The notes beneath the pieces are model-generated. The model made no database searches, was not told the DNA's origin, and was given only the letters and a program-made list of their open reading frames with translations. The position numbers and the translations under genes are program-made. DNA of 50,882 bases from Candidatus Geothermincola secundus. Its GTDB lineage: Bacteria > Actinomycetota > Geothermincolia > Geothermincolales > Geothermincolaceae. Where the stretch lies: assembly GCA_015711755.1 (NCBI GenBank), contig JACVIY010000001.1:1-50882 (forward strand), written 5' to 3'. Below, piece after piece: positions 32,697 through 41,869 of the stretch; the first letter of the stretch is position 1, and each line of letters starts with the position of its first letter.

Positions 32697-35600
32697 GTGA
32701 GGGTCCGGGTTCTCTGCGAACGGCTTATGACGGCCCTTTTCATGATGATGCCGTTGGTGATCCTTCCGCTGCCGGCCGGAGCCGCAACGGCTCATATGCG
32801 GGTCTGGGTGGTCTCCGACGGCGACAAGGTCCTGCGGGACGAGGTTCCCAGGGATTCTTCGGCCGTGTGGTCGCGGCAGGCCGGCAGGGTGGCCCTGCAT
32901 GCGGCCAGAGGCGAGAGCGTGGCCTTTCAGGTGATGGTCACGGCGGAGGGAGCGGACCTGCACGGGGTCAATGCGGTCCTGCAGGGACTGGCGGGACCGG
33001 GCGGCGGCTTGCCCGCTTCTTGCATAGAGATGTTCCGAGAGCATTACCTGCACGTCACCGAGCCCTCCACGGCCATGTACGGGGAGCAGTCCACCAGCGG
33101 ACCGGGATGGTATCCGGATCCACTGGTACCCGCGGGCGCTCCCGATGGGGGCCTCCCCTGCGACATATCCGCGGGACTCAACCAGGGGGTCTGGGTGGAC
33201 ATACGCGTGCCCGATGAAGCCCCGCCCGGCATCTACGCCGGCGATCTCAGGGTGATCGCCGCCGGGGAGGCGGAGGTGGTCATCCCCGTGTCGCTGGAGG
33301 TATGGGATTTCTCACTGCCCGACGAGACCCACCTCCCCAGCTTTTTCATCTATCAGCCGGATCAGCTCGCGGATGCGCACGGTGTGGCCAAATATTCGGA
33401 CGAATATCTGAGCATCGAGGCGGAATACGCCCGTATGGCCCGGTCCCATCGCATGAACTTTTCCACTTCCGTATATCCGGAGGTGCAGGGTTCGGGCAGC
33501 GGGACCACCATCATCTGGGACTCCTGGCACGACGGGTTCGCCTCCCGCCACCTGGACGGCACCGTTTTCCCCGACGGCAGGGGCAGCGCTCTCTACGCCC
33601 TGCCCATAGGACTGGACTTCCCCGACCCATCACAGCACGGGGGTCTCGGCAGCCCGGAGTTCGAGGCCACCTTCACCGCCATGCTCACCCAGTTCGGCGA
33701 CCACTTCAGGGAGAGGGGCTGGTTCGACCGCTCGTTCCTATATATCGTTGACGAGCCCAACAGCGCCGAGGAATACGATCTGGTGCGCTATTACGGGGAC
33801 CTCATCGACCGCAGCGGAGCGGGGTTCCCCTTCATGGTGACCGAGGGTCCGACGCCGCAGGACCCGTCCTGGGGGAGCCTCGCCGGCTACGTGGACATAT
33901 GGTGCTGCGGGGGAAGCGCCTGGCCCGGTCCCATGCAGGCGCGGCAGGCTCTGGGGGAGGGGGCCTGGACCTACAACGGAGGCGAGCCCTACGCCGGCAG
34001 CCAGATCATCGACACCCCGGGAGTGGCCATGCGTTCCTGGGGGTGGATAGCGCGTCGCTACGGGGTGGAATGCTGGCTCCTCTGGGACGTCTGTTATTTC
34101 CATGACCTCTACAACGGATGTGACTGGAACGACGTCTGGACCGATCCCCTGACCTTCGACCAGCGGCGCGGCGGGGGTTCCTGGCCTGACTGGGGAAACG
34201 GGGACGGTACCCTTTTCTACCCGGGCGCGCCGCGGGGCATCGGCGGGCCCGTTTCCTCCCTGCGCATGAAGAACTGGCGCAGGGGTGCGCAGGACTACGA
34301 ATACATGTGGCTGCTGGACCGGCGGGGGAAGGGCGACCTGGTGCGGGAGCTGTTGGATCAGGTGGTGCCCTATGCCTTCGGGGATGCGGAGGGCAGGCAG
34401 ACGGGATGGAGCGATGACCCCGCCGCGTGGGAGGCGGCGCGACTGGCCATGGGGGAAGAGCTGGACGGGCACCCCGCCTATCCGTTCAGGTTTTACTTCG
34501 CTGAAGGGTACACCGGGGCCGGTTTCCGGGAGTACCTGTGTCTGGGCAATCCGGGGCCCGACCCGGCCTCGGTCCTCATCGAGTATTTCTTCTCGGGCGG
34601 GGAGAGAGACTTCCAGACCCTGACCGTACCCCCGGGATCCCGGGCCACCGTGGACGTCAACTCCCGGGTGGGGCCGGGCCGCGAGGTCTCCGCGGTCGTC
34701 TACGCCGACCGGACGCTGGGAGCGGAGCGGCCGTCGTATTTCGCCTACGGACCGGGGTGGACCGGAGGGCACGACGTGGTGGGAGTTCACTCTCCCTCAG
34801 AGGAATGGTACTTCGCCGAGGGCTATACCGGGCCCGGCTTCGACCAATGGGTCTGCGTGCTGAATCCCGGGGGTGAAGACGCCGCGCTCACCTTCCGCTT
34901 CCAGACGGAGGAGGAGGGGGAGGTTATCAGGGAGGGATACCGGGTGGAGGCGGGATCCCGCGCCACCTTCATGGTCAACGAGGTGCTGGGGGAGGGCTAC
35001 CAGGCCTCCCTTCATCTGCAGTCGGATGAGCCGGTGGTGGCGGAGCGCCCCATGTACTTCTATTATGCGGGCACCGGGGGTTACGGCTGGGACGGCGGGC
35101 ACTGCGTAGCCGGGGCGGTTGGCCTGGCCCGCGAGTACTTCTTCGCCGAGGGCACCACCCGGGGCGGGTTCGAGGAATGGCTTACGCTGCAGAACCCGGG
35201 GGACTCCGGGATCGTGATCCGCGCGCAGTACCAGCTGGGGCCGGGACAGGGGGACCCCGTGCAGCGCGATTATACCGTGGGGGCGGGAAGGCGACTGACG
35301 GTGAGGGTGGAGGATGAGGTTGGGGCGGAGAATGACGTCTCGGTGCGCCTGAGCGCGGACGCGGATTTCCTGGCGGAGCGCCCCATGTATTTCCGATACC
35401 AGGGCTACGGGGCGGACTGGGACGGCGGGCACTGCGTCATCGGCGCGACCTCCCTCGCCTCCGACGCCTTCTTCGCCGAGGGCTACACCGGTGGGGGGTT
35501 CCATACCTGGCTGTGCCTGCAGAATCCAGGGGACGAAACGGCTGACGCGGAGGTGGTCTTCCTGACCCAGGAGGCGGGCGCGCTCTCGCCGGCGCTTATT

Positions 35601-36644
35601 TCCGTCCCGGCCCGCAGCAGGTTCACGGCAAGGGTGAACGATCTGGCGGGGACGGGTTATCAGCTGTCCATCCTGGTCCGGGTCACCTCGGGACCACCGC
35701 TGGCGGCCGAGCGCCCCGTTTACTTCGACCTCGACGGGCTGAACGGCGGCCACGACGCGGTGGGAAGATCCCTGATCCCCGAGACCCTGGCGACGGTGGA
35801 TGACTTCGCCTATCAGCTGCAGGAAGTGGACCTCACCGTTTTGGGAGACTCCGCCTTCGACCTCGTGGTGATGGATTATTCCTCCGACGGGAGCGAGGAG
35901 GGACGATGGTCGGCGGGGCAGGTCGCTTCGCTGAAGCACAGTCCCGGCGGAGACAAAACGCTGCTTTCATATATGAGCATAGGGGAGGCTGAGGACTATC
36001 GCTGGTACTGGCGGGACGAATGGGACGCCGACCGCGACGGGTCGCCGGACCCCGGCGCGCCGCCATGGCTGGGGCCGGGCAACCCGGAATGGCCGGGGAA
36101 CTACAAGGTGCGCTACTGGGATCCCGCATGGCAGGAGATCCTCAAAAGCTACCTGGACAGGATAATCGAAGCTGGCTTCGACGGGGTCTATCTGGACATA
36201 ATCGACGCCTATGAGTACTGGGGGCCGGGCGGGGAGAGCGGCCTGGAACGCGCTACGGCGGAGGAGGAGATGGTGGAGCTGGTAAGGTCGATAGCCCGGT
36301 ACTGCAGGGTGGAGAGGGGGCGCGCCGGATTCCTGGTCTTCCCCCAGAACGGTGAGGGGCTGGCGTCGCACCCCGATTACGTCGATGTCGTCTCGGGCAT
36401 AGGCAAGGAGGACCTCTGGTACATGGACGATGCCCCCCAGCCCGCCGACTACACCGAGAGGGCCCTGGCCTACCTGGACGTCTTCCTGCGGGCGGGGCGC
36501 AAGGTGCTGGTGACCGACTACGTGACCGCGCCGGCCCTCATCGATGATCTCTACGCCAGGGCCGAGGCGCGGGGCTATGTCCCCTACGCCACCGTGCGCG
36601 ACCTTGACTTCCTCACCGTCAACCCCGGCCACGAACCCGACTGA
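32697..36644 (+). CDS. Secreted multidomain glycoside-hydrolase-like protein: a DUF4091-like N-terminal domain, the 4x AEGYTGPGF cassette, and a GH114 / TM1410-family domain.
   Basis: This is a 1315-aa ORF. The signal-like N-terminus is MTALFMMMPLVILPLPAGAATA. The N-domain segment ...VIPVSLEVWDFSLPDETHLPSF... is DUF4091-like. The cassette spans 34485-35770. The C-terminal segment is ...LLSYMSIGEAEDYRWYWRDEW...NYKVRYWDPAWQEIL...IIEAGFDGVYLDIIDAYEYW, the pattern of endo-alpha-1,4-polygalactosaminidase/TM1410-type hydrolases. The start could be GTG 32697 or ATG 32727. Confidence 0.8.
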   Translation: MRVRVLCERLMTALFMMMPLVILPLPAGAATAHMRVWVVSDGDKVLRDEVPRDSSAVWSRQAGRVALHAARGESVAFQVMVTAEGADLHGVNAVLQGLAGPGGGLPASCIEMFREHYLHVTEPSTAMYGEQSTSGPGWYPDPLVPAGAPDGGLPCDISAGLNQGVWVDIRVPDEAPPGIYAGDLRVIAAGEAEVVIPVSLEVWDFSLPDETHLPSFFIYQPDQLADAHGVAKYSDEYLSIEAEYARMARSHRMNFSTSVYPEVQGSGSGTTIIWDSWHDGFASRHLDGTVFPDGRGSALYALPIGLDFPDPSQHGGLGSPEFEATFTAMLTQFGDHFRERGWFDRSFLYIVDEPNSAEEYDLVRYYGDLIDRSGAGFPFMVTEGPTPQDPSWGSLAGYVDIWCCGGSAWPGPMQARQALGEGAWTYNGGEPYAGSQIIDTPGVAMRSWGWIARRYGVECWLLWDVCYFHDLYNGCDWNDVWTDPLTFDQRRGGGSWPDWGNGDGTLFYPGAPRGIGGPVSSLRMKNWRRGAQDYEYMWLLDRRGKGDLVRELLDQVVPYAFGDAEGRQTGWSDDPAAWEAARLAMGEELDGHPAYPFRFYFAEGYTGAGFREYLCLGNPGPDPASVLIEYFFSGGERDFQTLTVPPGSRATVDVNSRVGPGREVSAVVYADRTLGAERPSYFAYGPGWTGGHDVVGVHSPSEEWYFAEGYTGPGFDQWVCVLNPGGEDAALTFRFQTEEEGEVIREGYRVEAGSRATFMVNEVLGEGYQASLHLQSDEPVVAERPMYFYYAGTGGYGWDGGHCVAGAVGLAREYFFAEGTTRGGFEEWLTLQNPGDSGIVIRAQYQLGPGQGDPVQRDYTVGAGRRLTVRVEDEVGAENDVSVRLSADADFLAERPMYFRYQGYGADWDGGHCVIGATSLASDAFFAEGYTGGGFHTWLCLQNPGDETADAEVVFLTQEAGALSPALISVPARSRFTARVNDLAGTGYQLSILVRVTSGPPLAAERPVYFDLDGLNGGHDAVGRSLIPETLATVDDFAYQLQEVDLTVLGDSAFDLVVMDYSSDGSEEGRWSAGQVASLKHSPGGDKTLLSYMSIGEAEDYRWYWRDEWDADRDGSPDPGAPPWLGPGNPEWPGNYKVRYWDPAWQEILKSYLDRIIEAGFDGVYLDIIDAYEYWGPGGESGLERATAEEEMVELVRSIARYCRVERGRAGFLVFPQNGEGLASHPDYVDVVSGIGKEDLWYMDDAPQPADYTERALAYLDVFLRAGRKVLVTDYVTAPALIDDLYARAEARGYVPYATVRDLDFLTVNPGHEPD
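34485..35770 (+). repeat. Four-copy cassette of the AEGYTGPGF module, internal to the protein, with units starting near 34485, 34797, 35130 and 35460.
   Basis: The units begin FRFYFAEGYTGAGFREYLCLGNPGP, EEWYFAEGYTGPGFDQWVCVLNPGG, REYFFAEGTTRGGFEEWLTLQNPGD and DAFFAEGYTGGGFHTWLCLQNPGD. The unit order is collinear with the cassette at 13416-14705. Confidence 0.9.
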
Positions 36645-36798
36645 ACCCCGCAAACGGGTCCGGTGAACGGCGTCACCGGGACGCGGCGACACGGAGGAAG
36701 GTAGCGGCCGCCCGCCGGATCGGACCCTTGGCATTTCCGCCCGTAGCCCGTGTACATGGATCGCTGAGCCCCGACCTCAACCCTTCGCCGGCCCACGG

Positions 36799-38055
36799 TC
36801 ACCTTCCCAGAAAAACGGGGAAGGGCAGAGCCAAATTCTTTTCATCGAGAGCAAGGGGCCTGGTGCCCGAGTAGAGCAACACCCCCAGGCGCCACCTTTT
36901 TCCCAGGGCTTCCCGACAGTGAAAGAGGCCGGCGAGATCGCGCCTTTCGATACGGGAACCGATTTTCACCTCAATCCCTACCACGTCTTCTCCTCGCTCC
37001 AGCAGGAAATCCACCTCGATCCCGTCACTGGTGCGGTAGAAGGAGAGGGAGGTGAGAACGGGGGAGAGGGACAGCGCCTTCCTCAGTTCACCGGCGATGA
37101 AGGTCTCCAGCAGGTCGCCTGCCCTCCCCTGCCGTTCTGCCGCTCCCCAATCGCTCAGGCCGGAGAGGTGCATGGCCATGCCCGTGTCGGCCATAAAGAC
37201 CTTTGGCGTCTTGACCAGACGCTTAGCCCTGCTGGAGTGGTAAGGATGCACGAGGAAAACCTGATAGGTCTGCTCCAGTATGCCGAAATATCTCCTCAAG
37301 GTGGCGTAAGGGATACCAGTGTCGCGCGAGAGATCCGAGTAGTTCAAAAGTCTTGCCGTGCGCGCGGCGAGGATGACCATGAGGCGGCCGAACTCGGGGA
37401 CGCGGGCGATATCGGCGATGTCCCGCAGGTCTCTTTCCACGTAAGTCGCTCTGTAGCTGTTGAACCAGACGGCCCGGGAGGCCGGGGATCCCATCAGGGC
37501 CGGCACCGGAAATCCTCCCGAGGTCATGAAATCCCTCATCTCCTCGAGGAGGCCGCGTGACGACGAGGCCGGTAACCGCTCGATGGCGTCACTGGGAGCG
37601 CTCGCTGTGAAAAGCGTGTCCAGAACCGAGGGTAGCGGCCTTCTCTTGAATTCCGCCCAGGAGAACGGATGGAGTTCGTGAACCGCGACCCTTCCCGCCA
37701 ACGTCTCGGAGACCCTGGCCAAGGTGAGCAGGTCCGCTGAGCCGGTCAGCAGGAACATGCCGGGTTCCCTGTTCTCGTCCACCACCAGCTTGACTGCCCT
37801 GAGGAGATCGGGCGCCCGTTGCACCTCGTCGATGATCAGAGGCGTTTTCGCCTGACTCAAAAAGCCATCGGGATCGAGAAGGGCGGCGTCCAGGACCGCT
37901 CGATCGTCCAGGGTAAGGTAGGCGGCCTTCCAGCCCTTCCTGGTTATCATGGAGGCGAGAGTGGATTTTCCCACCTGCCGGGCTCCGGTTAACAGGACCA
38001 CTGGGAAGCAGCGGAGTGAATCCAGCAGGATGTCCTGCAAATATCTCTTTATCAT
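36799..38055 (-). CDS. AAA+ ATP-binding protein with a DUF4143-type C-terminal region.
   Basis: This is a 418-aa ORF. MIKRYLQDILLDSLRCFPVVLLTGARQVGKSTLA carries the Walker A motif, LIIDEVQRAPDL carries Walker B, and a C-terminal ...EVDFLLERGEDVVGIEVK follows. Confidence 0.8.
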   Translation of the reverse strand: MIKRYLQDILLDSLRCFPVVLLTGARQVGKSTLASMITRKGWKAAYLTLDDRAVLDAALLDPDGFLSQAKTPLIIDEVQRAPDLLRAVKLVVDENREPGMFLLTGSADLLTLARVSETLAGRVAVHELHPFSWAEFKRRPLPSVLDTLFTASAPSDAIERLPASSSRGLLEEMRDFMTSGGFPVPALMGSPASRAVWFNSYRATYVERDLRDIADIARVPEFGRLMVILAARTARLLNYSDLSRDTGIPYATLRRYFGILEQTYQVFLVHPYHSSRAKRLVKTPKVFMADTGMAMHLSGLSDWGAAERQGRAGDLLETFIAGELRKALSLSPVLTSLSFYRTSDGIEVDFLLERGEDVVGIEVKIGSRIERRDLAGLFHCREALGKRWRLGVLLYSGTRPLALDEKNLALPFPVFLGR

Positions 38056-38062
38056 GGATAAT

Positions 38063-38091
38063 ATTTAATCGCTCAATGGATAATTTGTCAA
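38063..38091 (-). promoter_or_regulatory. Sigma-70-type promoter TTGACA-N17-TTAAAT positioned for a leaderless AAA-ATPase mRNA.
   Basis: The minus strand reads TTGACA (38091-38086), a 17-nt spacer, TTAAAT (38068-38063), 7 nt, then ATG at 38055. No RBS intervenes. Confidence 0.55.
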
Positions 38092-38099
38092 ATGAGGGC

Positions 38100-38128
38100 G
38101 GTAGAAGAGGCGGGCCCGCCGGCCCGCC
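38100..38128 (-). terminator. Possible terminator hairpin after the acyl-CoA dehydrogenase operon.
   Basis: The hairpin is GGCGGGCC-CGCC-GGCCCGCC (8-bp GC stem, 38109-38128). On the minus strand it is followed by TCTTCTACC, a weak T-tract. It lies about 30 nt after the stop at 38157. Confidence 0.35.
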
Positions 38129-38156
38129 CCGTGATCCCTGACCTTCGCCCGGCCGC

Positions 38157-39293
38157 TCAGCCCACCAGGTGGCGGGCGATGACCACCCGCTGCACCTGAT
38201 TGGTGCCCTCGTAGATCTGGGTTATCTTGGCGTCGCGCATCATCCGCTCCAGCGGGTACTCGGTCATGTACCCGTAGCCGCCGAGTACCTGTACGGCGTC
38301 AACGGTCACCTTCATGGCCACGTCGGAGGCGAAGCACTTGGCCATGGCGGAGACCGCCGAGGCCTCGCGGCCCGCCCGCTCCACCAGCGCCGCCGAGTAG
38401 TAGACCAGCTGCCGGGCCGCCTCCACCTGCATGGCCATGTCCGCCAGCATGAACTGTATGCCCTGCAGGCGGGCGATGGGCCCTCCGAACTGCACCCTCT
38501 CCTTGGCGTAGGCCACCGCGTGGTCCAGAGCTCCCTGGGCGATGCCCACCGCCTGGGCGCCGATGGAGGGGCGGGTGCGGTCCAGGGTCATCATGGCGAT
38601 CTTGAAGCCCTCGCCCTCCCTGCCCAGCAGGTTCTCCGCCGGCACCTCCATGTCCGTGAAGACCAGCTCGGAGGTCTGGGAGCCGCGGATTCCCATCTTG
38701 TGCTCTATCTTGCCCACCTCGAAACCGGGGAAATCCTTCTCCACGATGAAGGCGCTGATGCCCTTGACCCCCGCCGATTCATCGGTCTTGGCGAAAACGG
38801 AATAGGTATCGGCGATGCCCCCGTTGGTGATGAAGCACTTCTGGCCGTTGATGACATAGACGTCCCCTTTGCGCACCGCCCGGGTGGACATGGCGGCGGC
38901 ATCGGATCCGGCCCCCGGTTCGGTGAGCCCGAAGGCGCACTGCTTCTCCCCCCGGGCCAGCGGCGGTATGTACTTCTTCAGCTGCTGGTCGCTGCCAGCG
39001 AGCATGATGGGAGTGGAGCCCAGCTTGCACACTCCCAGGATGAGGCTGGTGTTGGTGCAAACGCGGGCCAGCTCCTCGATGGCGATGCAGATGGATAGCA
39101 GGTCCGCGCCCTCCCCGTCCAGCTCCTCGGGAAAGCACATGGCCAGCAGGCCGTTGTCCCGCAGCAGCTCGAACATGTCCCAAGGGTATTCGCCCGCCGC
39201 ATCGATCTCCGCCGCCCGCGGCTCCACCTTCTCCTTGGCCAGCTGCCTCACCGTCTGCTGGAGCAGTTTCTGCTCCTCGGTCAGCTCGTACAT
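38157..39293 (-). CDS. Acyl-CoA dehydrogenase (short/medium-chain, butyryl-CoA dehydrogenase-like).
   Basis: This is a 378-aa ORF: ...CAFGLTEPGAGSDAAAM...INGQKCFITNG...YEGTNQVQRVVIARHL. Confidence 0.9.
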   Translation of the reverse strand: MYELTEEQKLLQQTVRQLAKEKVEPRAAEIDAAGEYPWDMFELLRDNGLLAMCFPEELDGEGADLLSICIAIEELARVCTNTSLILGVCKLGSTPIMLAGSDQQLKKYIPPLARGEKQCAFGLTEPGAGSDAAAMSTRAVRKGDVYVINGQKCFITNGGIADTYSVFAKTDESAGVKGISAFIVEKDFPGFEVGKIEHKMGIRGSQTSELVFTDMEVPAENLLGREGEGFKIAMMTLDRTRPSIGAQAVGIAQGALDHAVAYAKERVQFGGPIARLQGIQFMLADMAMQVEAARQLVYYSAALVERAGREASAVSAMAKCFASDVAMKVTVDAVQVLGGYGYMTEYPLERMMRDAKITQIYEGTNQVQRVVIARHLVG

Positions 39294-39350
39294 GATCCCC
39301 TCCTGTTCCTCGTACGCCTCGAATGGTGGAGGCGAGGCCGTCCCGCGGCC

Positions 39351-40541
39351 TCAGCCCACCCTGATTATCATGGAATCGCCCTGGCCGCCGCCGCCGCAGA
39401 TGCCCGCTCCGCCGTAGCCCCCGCCCCGGCGCCTCAGCTCGTAGGCCAGGGTGGTGACGATGCGGGCTCCGCTCACCCCGATGGGATGCCCGAAGGCGAT
39501 GGCCCCGCCGTTGACGTTGATGTTCTCGGCCGTCTCGGGGTCAAGGCCCAGCATGCGGGTGGAATGCCAGCACACCGTGGCGAAGGCCTCGTTTATCTCC
39601 AGCAGCTTGAGGTCGGATACCTTCAGCCCCGCTTTGTCCAGGGCATGCCGCATGGAGTTGGCGGGGACCTCGCAGAGGTTGGTGTACTCCCCCGCCGTCC
39701 ACCCGTAGGAGACGATGGCGCACAGCGGCTCCAGCCCCAGCTCCTTGGCCTTATCCGCTGTCATGAGCACGGCGGCGCAGGCCCCGTCGTTTATCTGCGA
39801 GGCGTTTCCGGCGGTGATCATGCCCTCCTTGTCGAAGGCGGGCCGCAGGGCGGCGAGCTTCTCCACGGTGGTGTCGGGCCGGACCCCCTCGTCCTTGCTG
39901 AACAGGACCGGCTCGCCCTTCTTCTGGGGTATCTCCACGGGGACGATCTCCTCGTCCAGCAGCCCCTTCTCCTGCGCCGCCGCCGCCCGCTGATGGCTGC
40001 GGGCCGACCACAGGTCCATCTGCTCGCGGGTGACTCCCAGTTCGCGGGACCAGTTGTCGGTGCCCTTGCCCATGTGGATGTCCTCGAAAGCATCCCACAG
40101 TCCGTCCTTGATCATCGCGTCCACCAGCACCCCGTTCCCCATGCGGTAGCCGGAGCGGCCCTGAGGCACCATGTAGGGGGCGTTGGTCATGGACTCCATG
40201 CCTCCGGCCACGATGATCTCCGCCTGCTCCGTCTTTATCAGCATATCCGCCATCTCCAGGGCGCTCATGGAGGAGATGCAGACCTTGTTTACGTTGATGG
40301 CCCAGGTCTCCTTGGCGATCCCCGCCTTCACCGCCGCCTGTCTGGCCGGTATCTGTCCGCAGTTGGCGGTGAGCACCTGCCCCATGATCACGCAATCCAC
40401 GGAGGACGGTTCCACCTTCGCCCGCTTCAATGCCTCGGCGATGACGATCCCCCCCAGGTCCATGGCGGAGAATCCCGCCAGGGAACCCTGCATGCGCCCG
40501 AAGGGGGTACGGGCCGAGCTGACTATGACCGTTTCCTTCAT
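39351..40541 (-). CDS. Acetyl-CoA C-acetyltransferase (thiolase II).
   Basis: This is a 396-aa ORF: ...VNKVCISSMSAL (active-site Cys context), ...NVNGGAIAFGHPIGVSGARI and ...GAGICGGGGQGDSMII. Confidence 0.9.
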   Translation of the reverse strand: MKETVIVSSARTPFGRMQGSLAGFSAMDLGGIVIAEALKRAKVEPSSVDCVIMGQVLTANCGQIPARQAAVKAGIAKETWAINVNKVCISSMSALEMADMLIKTEQAEIIVAGGMESMTNAPYMVPQGRSGYRMGNGVLVDAMIKDGLWDAFEDIHMGKGTDNWSRELGVTREQMDLWSARSHQRAAAAQEKGLLDEEIVPVEIPQKKGEPVLFSKDEGVRPDTTVEKLAALRPAFDKEGMITAGNASQINDGACAAVLMTADKAKELGLEPLCAIVSYGWTAGEYTNLCEVPANSMRHALDKAGLKVSDLKLLEINEAFATVCWHSTRMLGLDPETAENINVNGGAIAFGHPIGVSGARIVTTLAYELRRRGGGYGGAGICGGGGQGDSMIIRVG

Positions 40542-40571
40542 CCTCTGATCCTCCTTCTCCTGCGGTTCTTC

Positions 40572-41720
40572 CTACAGCCCCAGCGCGCGGGAGATGACCA
40601 TGCGCTGGACCTCGCTGGTACCTTCACCTATCTCCAATATCTTGGCGTCCCGGAAGAAGCGGGAGACCGCGTATTCGTTCATGAAACCGTAGCCTCCGAA
40701 GATGTGCACCGCCTCGGTGGTGTTGCGCATGTTCGCCTCGGAGGCGAAGAGCTTGGCCATGGCCGCCTCCTTGCTGTGGGGCATTCCGGCGTCGCGCATG
40801 GCCGCCGCTTTATAGGTGAGGTTGCGGGCCAGCTCGATGTTGGTGGCCATGTCCGCCAGCTTGAAGGCGATGGCCTGGAAGCTGCCTATGGGCTTTCCGA
40901 ACTGCTTTCTTTCCTTGGCGTAGCGCAGCGCCTCCTCGAAGGCCCCCTGGGATTGGCCCACGGCCAGGGCGGCGATGGCGATGCGCCCTCCGTCCAGTAT
41001 GCTCAGGAACTGCTTGAAACCCTGGCCCCGCACGCCGACGAGGTTATCCTCCGGCACCCGGCAGTCGTCGAAGTGGAGCTCGCGGGTATCCGAGGCGTGC
41101 CAGCCCACCTTGTGGTATTTGGGGGCTATGGTGTATCCGGGAGTGCCGTTGGGCACGAAGATGGTGGAGATCTCCTTCTTCCCGCCCTCTTTGGTGCCGG
41201 TGACCGCGGTGACGGTGACGCCTCCGGTGATTTCAGTCCCCGCGTTGGTGATAAAGCACTTGGTCCCGTTGATCACCCACTGCCCGTTCTCCAGCCGGGC
41301 GGTGGTGCGGGTGGCTCCGGCGTCGGAGCCCGCTTCCGGTTCGGTCAGCCCGAAGGCACCGAGCATCTTGCCCTGGGCCATGGGCACCAGCCACTGCCTC
41401 TTCTGTTCCTCGGTGCCGAAATAATAAAAGCTGGACTCGCCCAGGGAGGTGTGCGCCTCCACGGTTATGGCGATGGCCCCGTCCAACCGCGCCAGCTCCT
41501 CCACGGCGATGCTGTAAGCCAGGTAGTCGCCCCCCGCTCCCCCGTATTCCTCGGGGTAAGGGATGCCCATCAGCCCCATCTCGCCCATCTGCCGCACGAT
41601 ATCGTAGGGGAACTCGCCCCCCTCCCACAACTCCTCCACCCGGGGGCGGATGACCTTCTCGGCGAAGTCGCGCACGGTGCTGCGGAACAGCCGCTTCTCC
41701 TCGTCCAGTTCGAACAACAA
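40572..41720 (-). CDS. Acyl-CoA dehydrogenase.
   Basis: This is a 382-aa ORF: ...GAFGLTEPEAGSDAGAT...INGTKCFITNAG...ILEIGEGTSEVQRMVISRAL. Confidence 0.9.
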   Translation of the reverse strand: MLFELDEEKRLFRSTVRDFAEKVIRPRVEELWEGGEFPYDIVRQMGEMGLMGIPYPEEYGGAGGDYLAYSIAVEELARLDGAIAITVEAHTSLGESSFYYFGTEEQKRQWLVPMAQGKMLGAFGLTEPEAGSDAGATRTTARLENGQWVINGTKCFITNAGTEITGGVTVTAVTGTKEGGKKEISTIFVPNGTPGYTIAPKYHKVGWHASDTRELHFDDCRVPEDNLVGVRGQGFKQFLSILDGGRIAIAALAVGQSQGAFEEALRYAKERKQFGKPIGSFQAIAFKLADMATNIELARNLTYKAAAMRDAGMPHSKEAAMAKLFASEANMRNTTEAVHIFGGYGFMNEYAVSRFFRDAKILEIGEGTSEVQRMVISRALGL

Positions 41721-41869
41721 GCTGCATCACCTGCCTTCATAAGCGCTGTGACCGCGACCGCTTCGCGGCCGTCAAAATAATGGGCCTCAGGGCCGAATGG
41801 ATTATATAGCATGGGGGTAAGCGAAAAAAGGGGAGGGGCCGCGGCCCCTCCCGACAGGATCGCTGTTGC

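Noticed and set aside
39486-41780. A 764-aa plus-strand ORF spans the thiolase and an acyl-CoA dehydrogenase.
   Set aside because: It is antisense to two genes with canonical motifs. The composition is GC-shadow-like (runs of G, L, H, R, P), and it crosses an intergenic gap of the real operon.
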